A stretch of 64,000 bases of DNA, taken from assembly GCA_947626905.1 (NCBI GenBank), contig CANQUE010000003.1, forward strand, positions 17,660 to 81,659, given 5' to 3'. Below the pieces are notes generated by a model that was not told the DNA's origin, did no database searches, and was given only the letters and a program-made list of their open reading frames with translations. Each line of letters starts with the position of its first letter. Position 1 is the stretch's first letter. The stretch is from an uncultured Oscillospiraceae bacterium (GTDB lineage Bacteria; Bacillota; Clostridia; Oscillospirales; Oscillospiraceae). Position numbers and translations under genes: made by a program. Below are positions 8,570 to 16,121 of the stretch, piece after piece.

Positions 8570-9308
8570 GAGTTTTAAAGAATGGTTCGCTGGCTACAGC
8601 GACCAATTTGCCATCATCGGCGGCACGGCATGCGACCTTCTGATGAGCGAGGAAGGCGAAGACTTCCGGGCAACCAAAGATATCGATATGGTCCTCATCG
8701 TGGAGAGCCTTACGCCGGAATTTGGACTGCATTTCTGGCAATACGTCAAAGCCGCCGATTATAAGCATCGGCGCAGCAGCAACGGACAGCCGCAGTATTA
8801 CCGCTTTACCCACCCCCGCGGCCGGGAGTACCCCTATATGATCGAGCTGTTCAGCCGCAAGCCGGACGCTATTTCTCTGCCGGAGGATGCCGTGCTGACC
8901 CCAATGCCGCTGGATGATGACCTGTCCAGTTTGTCCGCCATTTTGCTGGATGACGATTATTATCAGCTTCTTCTCACCGGCAAACACGTTGTGGATGGCG
9001 TCCCCATTGTAGGCGCGGAACAACTCATCCTGTTCAAAGCAAAAGCATGGCTCGATCTCACCCGTCGTAGGAATGCAGGCGAAGCCATAGATTCCCGTGA
9101 TATCCGCAAGCACAAAAACGACGTCTTCCGCTTATCGCTTCTTCTGACGCTAACATCAAAACTCGCCGTTCCGCAAAGCATCTACCAGGATCTTCAGCGC
9201 TTCCTTGCTGCGATGGAGACTGAGTCAATCGATCTGAAGCATCTGGGGATACATATGGATAAGGACACGATTCTTAACCTGTTGAAAAATACATATTCAC
9301 AAGAATGA
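8553..9308 (+). CDS. nucleotidyltransferase, AbiEii/AbiGii (DUF1814)-like toxin candidate
   Basis: 251 aa. The N-terminal IIGGTACDLL...RATKDIDMVLIV matches the GG(S/T)A...DxD NTase signature. C-terminal RDIRKHKNDVFRL. GGGAGG RBS. Assigned from motif memory only. Confidence 0.6.
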   Translation: MVTGFESFKEWFAGYSDQFAIIGGTACDLLMSEEGEDFRATKDIDMVLIVESLTPEFGLHFWQYVKAADYKHRRSSNGQPQYYRFTHPRGREYPYMIELFSRKPDAISLPEDAVLTPMPLDDDLSSLSAILLDDDYYQLLLTGKHVVDGVPIVGAEQLILFKAKAWLDLTRRRNAGEAIDSRDIRKHKNDVFRLSLLLTLTSKLAVPQSIYQDLQRFLAAMETESIDLKHLGIHMDKDTILNLLKNTYSQE

Positions 9309-9367
9309 CCGACAAACCAATTATATTCTAGATTTATAAATCACATTTTAGAAGAAAGGGACATCAA

Positions 9368-12300
9368 ATGAGTCTAGAGGCAGGCGGACGAGCAGACAAA
9401 GGGGGAAATAGATATGAGAACCGCTTTTTAGCTAAACTTTGGATAGATCTAATCCGGGAGCGTCTTACCTCTATAGAAGTAGAACCCCTTGGTGACGAAG
9501 GCCGGGGAGTGGAATTCATCACAACCACTGCAGATGGTAAGCGCGAGTACTATCAATGCAAATCATCCAATGGTATAGAAAATTACTGGCGCCCCAGCGA
9601 TTTGGGTGCCTACTCTGTTTTCCAAATTGCAAAAATACATCTTCAAAGCGGAAGCGACTGTATGTATCACTTTGTTTCACCGCTCCCTTATGATGAATTG
9701 GATAGTTTATGCGACCGTGCTCGAACAGCTTCCGACCTTGACAACTTCCTAAGTTTTCAGTTGTCCAATGACAAATTAAGGAATTGGTGGAACAAATGTA
9801 AACAGTATTTTTGTGAAGATGACGCGCAAACACTATCTCTTCTTTCACGGTGTCACTTTGATCAAATTCCCGATAATCACGAGCGAATATATGAATTAGA
9901 AACGCTAATCGAACTTTTGTTCGTTAAAGATAATTCAGGAACTCCCGCTTCCATTCGCATAGAATTAGAAGCATTCGCAAATGATGAGAAACGCTGGGGC
10001 AGACCAATCAACGCCGGAGAAGTATTGGCCTATCTGGAGGAGCACGGATTCCAGCAGCGCCTTCTTGTCCACGACGAGCGAACTCTCACCCAAATCAAAA
10101 CTCTCAATCAGGCGTATGTTGAAAGCTTTCACCCTATTGGCTCCTCGCTCTTTCACCGCTGCGAGGCTGACAAAATAATGGAATGCATTCACGACGGTAA
10201 GTCAGCCTTGATTCTGGGAAAAGCCGGTTCAGGAAAAAGCGGCTGTATCCATGAAGTAATTGAACAACTTGAAGCCGAGGGGATCACTCACTTGGTCCTT
10301 CCTCTTGATAAGCGTCAGCCAACCGGATTTGCTGATCATTACGGGAGATCCCTTGGACTGTTATGCTCCCCTGTGCTGTGTCTACATAGTCTTTCAGGCG
10401 GACGCCCATGTGTTTTGATCTTCGATCAACTGGATGCCTTACACTGGACAAACAGTTCTACCTCTACATCTCTAAGCATCTGCAAAGAAATGATCGATCA
10501 GGTGGAGCATTTGAATCACCTGGAAAACGGAAAGATCCGTTGTATTTTTGTCGTTCGATCATTTGACTATCAAACTGACCCGACCATACATAGGATGTTT
10601 GAACCTACTGATGGTTCCCGGTCAAGTTGGGAAAAAATCGAAGTCGATCTTCTCTCGTCTGAGGATGTTCACAAGCTAATTGGAGACTCCTATTATTCAC
10701 TATCCCCTAGACTTCATGCCTTACTTCAAACGCCCTCCAATCTCTACATCTGGGAAAAACTGTCCCCCAGTTCCAAACCCTTGATCGAAAACCTCCGACA
10801 GTTAATGGAAACTTGGTGGTCACAGGTAAGAAACCGTTGTATTGAAAATAGTCTGAACGCGCAGAGAATTGATGACTGCCGCAATCGGATCGTATCTATA
10901 ATGCAACAACGAGAAGTGTTGTCTCTCCCTGACATGCTGTTTCAAGACGAACATAATGAAATAGATATCCTAAGATCATACGGCGTTTTACAAAAGGCCG
11001 GAAATAGCATTTCCTTTGTCCACCAAAGCCTGTTCGATTTCTTTTCTGTCAAATCATATATTGACAGCATTTATGACAAATCCATGCATCTTCCGGATGT
11101 GTTCTGTGATACGGACAGGCAGACGCCAGACGTTCGCTATCAGTTCCTGATGCTGTTACAGTATTTGGTCGATGCTGATACTGCGACTTTTATATCCGAG
11201 GCAAAGTATAGTTTGGCATCTTCAAATATCCGTTACTATTTCAAATGTTGTATTTTTGAGGTTATTGGTCAGAAAGCATCTCTTGCTGAAGTATTTTGGC
11301 CAACAATCGACGCGTATTATAATGATCCAGAATGGAACCAGTATATTGTCCACATGGTTCTCAGCAGTCACTCAGAATTTGTCCAGCTATTTTGCCGATC
11401 TCATCCTGAACATGAATGGCATGAAGAAACTGGATGTAATATACTTCGTTCTGTTATCTGTCAAGAACCGAACCTCGCACTGGACATCATATATAATTAT
11501 GGCCCCGATAAATTTGATGATAATACTCTATATTCGATCCTTTGCTCTATATCGCCTGATGATTCTGAAAAAGCCGCTGTTTTACGACTTAAGCTATTAG
11601 AGAAAAATCATCTTTTATTTCTTAATAATTTTGAGTTGGAAAAAACAATAGAGTCAGGATCTATCTGGGCCGTCCCCATGCTTAGACTTATAATCGAAAT
11701 GGACCCATCTGTTAGACAAAACGTGCGGTTTATCACGCTTGAGCATACAAACTTATTTGTAGAGAAGCATGCTAGGCAGATAGTCGGCCAGTTGCTTGAC
11801 CCTCTCATTCAGACAGTTACATCTGAAACTGCACAAAACAAATATAGTACTGCCTGGAACACAAATTATGATGATGCCACCATTGAACAAGCTCTTGTTC
11901 ATATTGTTCAGGCTGCACTTTCGCGGGTCGCATCAAACAACCCTGTCGAATTTCTCCAATACCTAAACCACCAAAGCTCTAATTCGTCTATAGAGAGATA
12001 TCTCCGGATCCACGCGGCAGAAAACTTGCCTACCGACTATTCTGATCAGGTAATAATATGGCTTATTTCCGATTTTGACAATAGGGCTTTTGAGAGATTT
12101 AGCAGTGAATCGACTTCGCTATCCTGCTGCCAACGCATAATCAGACGATTCTCTCCATATTGTAGCGTCGATACCTTCAAGCAACTAGAAAAACTTCTAT
12201 GCCAGTGGTCTCCTCCTGCTGATCATATGCGTGCTATACTCCAGTGGCGAATCGATTCTCTGCATAAAGCAGGCAATAGGGATTGCTATATTGCTTTCTG

Positions 12301-13843
12301 GGGCAATCTTCAAAACATCCTATTGCCGGCGCTTGATCCGACGAGAATCTCAAGTTACACAATGCGTTTAATCGCTGTTCTAGATCGTCGGTTCACAGAT
12401 GGAAATCATATGTTTGACCTTTCTCCGCAAATTGAGTCTCATGTAGTTACTTCGCCCGTTGACGCTCATGTCGATCGTCTAAGTGATAGAAGCTGGCTTA
12501 AACTCATTGCCGACATGAGTTTCTCCACCCCACATATAAGGAAACATGATTGGCACACTGGTACAGAGTCTTCACCTCAAATGTTTTCTCAGAGTCTGGC
12601 CTATGCAGCAAAAAAAGAGCCTGTTCGCTTTGCCAATTTGGCGTTGCTCTTTCCAGATGGAACTGCAGAGTCCTTTATTGATGCGATACTTACCGGCCTT
12701 CAATCATCAGATGTCCCCCTTGACTTGACGTGTGACATCCTGCGGCGGTTCTGTCAGAACCCATCCCGAAATATCGCCATTTCATATGCACATGTTCTAG
12801 AGCACCGCTCTCAGGAAGCATGGCCAATCGATATTCTGAATGGATTAATTGATATTGCTGCGCATCATGCCGATCCACTTCCAAAGGAGTTGCCTATATA
12901 TAAAATTGATGAAGAGACCGTAGACTGTGGCACTTTACGTCAGTGCGCAATCAACTGTGCAAGAGGCTATGCGTTATTCGCAATCAGTGACATTTTGTGG
13001 GAACACCCGGAACTGTTTGAAACGTTTCGCGAAGTTACTGCATCTGCCGTTGAAGATGAAAATCCCGCCGTTCTGTTTTCTGCCATGCGTTGCCTTGCCC
13101 CTTGGTACAATGTTGATAGAGAATTCTCAAAGGCTCTATTCCATCGGCTGTTGGAACGGGATATTCGCGTTTTGGGTGCCTATGACGCATGGCAGATCCT
13201 ATCCCGGTGTTATAGCGATAATCCATCATACTACTGTGACAAATTGCTGTCGGCGTTCCGCTCTGAAATCAAAGACCTGAGTGAACATGCACTGGAGATG
13301 ATGACAATAATCGCAACTACAAATAGTCAAATGCTCGATGTTTTGCTTTCGCTGCACTTAAGCAAACAGCAGGCACAGGTTGTTTGCCGTCAATCCGTCC
13401 GTTGCTTCAAATACGATGACAGGCGTATGCAAAGCCGAGTCATTTTATGCCATATCATAGATATATGTGATGATCTGCCGCAACTGGATCAACTATTTTA
13501 TCAGAAACTCATCGATCCTCAAAGAGATAAAGAATTCCTGCTCAAGCTGGTTTCCCGTGGCAATATGAGGCGCATGGCATATTATTTTATAAAATATCTG
13601 AAGGAATACGATGGGGATATTGTCGCCTATACAGACGTAATACTCGAATTCGTAAAAGCACTATTTCTTCCAGGAACGACATACTATGACTTTGATGAGC
13701 TTATCATATGCATCGCCCGGTTGTTTCATCAGGGAAAGGAAGATATACAGATTCGCAGGGTATGCCTCGATATGTGGGATATCATATATCATAACCGTCC
13801 TTGGGCAATCAAGCCATTTGCAGAATTGATTGATCATCTATAA
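9368..13843 (+). CDS. 1491-aa PD-(D/E)xK-like nuclease / P-loop NTPase / long helical-repeat protein (STAND/Avs-like defence candidate)
   Basis: N-terminus GGRADKGGNRYENRF...IEVEPLGDEGRGVEF...YYQCK. Walker A GKAGSGKS (aa 284-291, nt 10217-10240). Walker B VLIFDQLD (aa 349-356, nt 10412-10435). About 1100 aa of helical, repeat-like C-terminus without TM segments. AT-rich codon usage unlike the host. Confidence 0.8.
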   Translation: MSLEAGGRADKGGNRYENRFLAKLWIDLIRERLTSIEVEPLGDEGRGVEFITTTADGKREYYQCKSSNGIENYWRPSDLGAYSVFQIAKIHLQSGSDCMYHFVSPLPYDELDSLCDRARTASDLDNFLSFQLSNDKLRNWWNKCKQYFCEDDAQTLSLLSRCHFDQIPDNHERIYELETLIELLFVKDNSGTPASIRIELEAFANDEKRWGRPINAGEVLAYLEEHGFQQRLLVHDERTLTQIKTLNQAYVESFHPIGSSLFHRCEADKIMECIHDGKSALILGKAGSGKSGCIHEVIEQLEAEGITHLVLPLDKRQPTGFADHYGRSLGLLCSPVLCLHSLSGGRPCVLIFDQLDALHWTNSSTSTSLSICKEMIDQVEHLNHLENGKIRCIFVVRSFDYQTDPTIHRMFEPTDGSRSSWEKIEVDLLSSEDVHKLIGDSYYSLSPRLHALLQTPSNLYIWEKLSPSSKPLIENLRQLMETWWSQVRNRCIENSLNAQRIDDCRNRIVSIMQQREVLSLPDMLFQDEHNEIDILRSYGVLQKAGNSISFVHQSLFDFFSVKSYIDSIYDKSMHLPDVFCDTDRQTPDVRYQFLMLLQYLVDADTATFISEAKYSLASSNIRYYFKCCIFEVIGQKASLAEVFWPTIDAYYNDPEWNQYIVHMVLSSHSEFVQLFCRSHPEHEWHEETGCNILRSVICQEPNLALDIIYNYGPDKFDDNTLYSILCSISPDDSEKAAVLRLKLLEKNHLLFLNNFELEKTIESGSIWAVPMLRLIIEMDPSVRQNVRFITLEHTNLFVEKHARQIVGQLLDPLIQTVTSETAQNKYSTAWNTNYDDATIEQALVHIVQAALSRVASNNPVEFLQYLNHQSSNSSIERYLRIHAAENLPTDYSDQVIIWLISDFDNRAFERFSSESTSLSCCQRIIRRFSPYCSVDTFKQLEKLLCQWSPPADHMRAILQWRIDSLHKAGNRDCYIAFWGNLQNILLPALDPTRISSYTMRLIAVLDRRFTDGNHMFDLSPQIESHVVTSPVDAHVDRLSDRSWLKLIADMSFSTPHIRKHDWHTGTESSPQMFSQSLAYAAKKEPVRFANLALLFPDGTAESFIDAILTGLQSSDVPLDLTCDILRRFCQNPSRNIAISYAHVLEHRSQEAWPIDILNGLIDIAAHHADPLPKELPIYKIDEETVDCGTLRQCAINCARGYALFAISDILWEHPELFETFREVTASAVEDENPAVLFSAMRCLAPWYNVDREFSKALFHRLLERDIRVLGAYDAWQILSRCYSDNPSYYCDKLLSAFRSEIKDLSEHALEMMTIIATTNSQMLDVLLSLHLSKQQAQVVCRQSVRCFKYDDRRMQSRVILCHIIDICDDLPQLDQLFYQKLIDPQRDKEFLLKLVSRGNMRRMAYYFIKYLKEYDGDIVAYTDVILEFVKALFLPGTTYYDFDELIICIARLFHQGKEDIQIRRVCLDMWDIIYHNRPWAIKPFAELIDHL

Positions 13844-13973
13844 CGAGGCATATCATGTTGAGAGGCTATCACCATCCTGCACTTTAATAAAAATGGATGA
13901 CTATATCTTCTAAATAAATCCCGCAAAAGTATTATAATCGTGTGAAATTGTTGAAATCCTCTCCCAAGCACCG

Positions 13974-14072
13974 AATATGAAGTTACATAGCGATATATGA
14001 AGATATATCATTTTCTTCTTTTTGCGGGCATTTTGCCATGAGCGGGATATGAAGATATATGAGGATATATCG
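13974..14072 (+). repeat. right-arm short direct repeats (putative integrase arm-type sites)
   Basis: AATATGAAGTTACAT (13974-13988), GATATATGAAGATATATCA (13992-14010), GGATATGAAGATATATGAGGATATATCG (14045-14072). Same motif and orientation as 5707-5741. Confidence 0.6.
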
Positions 14073-14094
14073 CGTTTTCCTCGTTATTTTTGTT

Positions 14095-14151
14095 CTCGAA
14101 ATGCGGTTGTCCATTCTGGGCACGTGGGTTCGAATCCCACCGCTTCCGCCA
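14095..14151 (+). pseudogene. 3' half of the disrupted tRNA-Ser(CGA) gene (anticodon loop to CCA)
   Basis: CTCGAAATGCGG TTGTCCATTCTGGGCAC GTGGGTTCGAATCCCAC CGCTTCC G CCA. The variable arm GTCCA/TGGGC and the T arm are intact. The acceptor strand matches 5651-5657, not the tRNA at 5822. Confidence 0.75.
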
Positions 14152-14260
14152 TATTCACCCAGAAGACCTGAGAGCACATGCTTTCAGGTCTTTTTTATCC
14201 TGACACAGCAGCAGAAAACTCTATAATGGACACAAACTTATTAAGGAGGATGACCCCATA
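14149..14260 (+). repeat. copy B of the integrase-leader repeat; start codon decayed (ATA) and no integrase ORF follows
   Basis: Aligns to 6208-6321 through the hairpin, the TATAAT box and the AAGGAGG RBS. ATG is replaced by ATA at 14258-14260 and similarity ends a few nt later. Confidence 0.8.
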
Positions 14261-14433
14261 AGTACTACAAAAGCAGACGTTTTCCAAACGGCTTCGATAA
14301 GGCTTGGATCACAAGAGCACGGGACAGTTTACTGTTCCGTGCTCTTGCTTGAGATAGCTGGAAGCGGCCGGCGTAGTCCCCAAAATGCTTTTATCTTTAT
14401 TTTGCCAGCCGCGCCCTTTGATGTGTCAAGTCA

Positions 14434-14955
14434 TCATTCCGCTGAAGACCAGTCAATGTAATGGTGCCGGATATCGCTGAGAACCTTTTCCAGTTGATAT
14501 ACACTCAAATCCAATGCCCTGGAAGCCTCCTGTTTACCATACCCGGACATCCGAAGGAGGACGATCTGCCTCTCATCATCGGTCAGGGACGATATGAACT
14601 CGGCCACTGACAGCCTGCTGAAATCGGAAAGATATGAGCGTAAGATACCATATCCATTGACGCCATCATCTTCTGCGCCGGTGATGATCGCATCCAGCGA
14701 GAAATGTCCAAACCGCATGGAAGGCGTCTTTAGGTTCAGCCTGTCCATATACTCGGAAAAATAGCCCCAGTAGTCTTTGAAGAAATGGCCGGTCGTCAGC
14801 GGCATGGAGCGAAGCATCACAACAAAAAACAGCAGCGCCTCGGCGACCCTGTCCTCATATTCCAGGTTGAGCCATCTCCCCTGGCAAAGGACTCTTATAA
14901 TTGGAAGGGCGGCCGAAACGATCCTGTCCTCTGCCGTTTCACCTGCGCTTGCCAT
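14434..14955 (-). CDS. small sigma-70-like protein (region 4 HTH), mobile-element regulator type
   Basis: 173 aa. The C-terminus LTDDERQIVLLRMSGYGKQEASRALDLSVYQLEKVLSDIR is a sigma region-4/LuxR-like HTH. Overlaps the upstream gene by 17 nt. Confidence 0.7.
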   Translation of the reverse strand: MASAGETAEDRIVSAALPIIRVLCQGRWLNLEYEDRVAEALLFFVVMLRSMPLTTGHFFKDYWGYFSEYMDRLNLKTPSMRFGHFSLDAIITGAEDDGVNGYGILRSYLSDFSRLSVAEFISSLTDDERQIVLLRMSGYGKQEASRALDLSVYQLEKVLSDIRHHYIDWSSAE

Positions 14956-15367
14956 CCCTCAGCTCCTTTAGGATGCTCTCCTCTGCAGACTTGCTGATCT
15001 TCCGGGGATTTTTGGCGGGCGGGCGTCTTTTCATCGTCGGGGTCTGAAGTTCAGCGATCCAGACGCCACCCTCCCTTCGCATGATGTACCGAGCGGGAAG
15101 AATGATGCCTGCGGATACGATGTGTTTGATCAGTTCTGGCCTGGTCACCGCGCCGCTCTTGGGAAGCGTATACCCGGATGCAGGGTCCTCCATGACACAA
15201 ACAGTCTTGCCATCCGGCAGTATGCCGATCTTGATGTTGGGCGGCAGTGCCTCCCGGGCCGGGCGATTGAACGTAAAGCCGCCGGTTTCCGACACGTTGA
15301 TCACCATCTCTGGCGGTTTCGGGCTCAAATCGAACCAAACAAATTCTTCTAAATTAATCCTATCCAT
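14939..15367 (-). CDS. hypothetical protein co-transcribed with the sigma-like gene
   Basis: 142-aa ORF with ATG start and a basic C-terminal tail. No family recognised. Confidence 0.6.
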   Translation of the reverse strand: MDRINLEEFVWFDLSPKPPEMVINVSETGGFTFNRPAREALPPNIKIGILPDGKTVCVMEDPASGYTLPKSGAVTRPELIKHIVSAGIILPARYIMRREGGVWIAELQTPTMKRRPPAKNPRKISKSAEESILKELRDGKRR

Positions 15368-15593
15368 TATTATTTCCCTTTCTTTGGGGACCGGAAGAAT
15401 TATAGCGGAAAATGGCTGGGAGATAAAGGTGCGCCAATTTTTGATTCTTCCGTGTCAAGCACCTTGAGCGACACCTATTTTTTAAGTTTGCCGTTCTAAC
15501 GCCCGTTTTGCGAGCGGGATCCGGACCAAAAACTTTTAAACCTTTTCACTCCTCGTGACGATATAATAGATGTGCGCACAAAGGAGGCTTTCG

Positions 15594-16121
15594 ATGTTAG
15601 AGCTACATAGAAAAAGTACCGTCGACCCAAATTTTCTGATACGCGAATACGGCCATGAGCTCTATCGGTTCTGCCGCCGCATCACCTTTAACAGGGAGGA
15701 TGGAGAGGATCTCTTTCAAAACACCTTCCTTATCATTATGGCTAAAGCCGAAGACGCCGCACCCCGTTCAGATATCCGGCAGCTCTTGTATTCCACCGCT
15801 CTGTCCTGCTGGAAGGATCAAAAGCGAAAGTACGCCCGCCGCGAGAGGATCGCCCCGCGCATACCTTTTGAGGAAAACGCGGACGCGCTAGGCGGCGATG
15901 CGGAAGAAGAATTGCTGAACAGAGAAGAAAAACTGCTCATACGGAGCATCGTTTCTTCCCTGCCGGAGCAATACCGTTTGCCGACTGTGCTGTACTATGG
16001 CGCCGAGATGAAACTCAAAGACATCGCAGAAACACTGTCACTGCCGGTCGGGACGGTGAAGAACCGTCTTTTCACCGCCCGACAAATGGTGAAGGAGGAA
16101 TTATTGAAATATGAAACATAA
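15594..16121 (+). CDS. ECF-type RNA polymerase sigma factor
   Basis: 175 aa from ATG 15594, with an AAAGGAGG RBS and TATAAT at 15562-15567. Region 2 YRFCRRITFNREDGEDLFQNTFL; region 4 LKDIAETLSLPVGTVKNRLFTARQ. Confidence 0.85.
   Translation: MLELHRKSTVDPNFLIREYGHELYRFCRRITFNREDGEDLFQNTFLIIMAKAEDAAPRSDIRQLLYSTALSCWKDQKRKYARRERIAPRIPFEENADALGGDAEEELLNREEKLLIRSIVSSLPEQYRLPTVLYYGAEMKLKDIAETLSLPVGTVKNRLFTARQMVKEELLKYET

Larger units (their letters stand above)
5692..14094 (+). mobile_element. integrative island (~8.4 kb) inserted in the anticodon loop of tRNA-Ser(CGA)
   Basis: Bounded by the 8-bp core CTCGAAAT (5684-5691 and 14095-14102). AT-richer than the flanks. Arm-type repeats at both ends. 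Carries a tRNA, a tyrosine integrase and defence-type cargo. Confidence 0.7.

Noticed and set aside
5651-14151. Possibility that the split tRNA-Ser is a tRNA gene carrying a giant (group I/II) intron
   Set aside because: The intervening 8.4 kb has an integrase, att-type arm repeats, its own tRNA and defence cargo. It shows no recognisable intron core structure. Site-specific integration explains it better.
13983-14177. 64-aa minus-strand ORF
   Set aside because: It spans the att arm repeats and the tRNA 3' fragment, so it is a chance frame in AT-rich repeat DNA.
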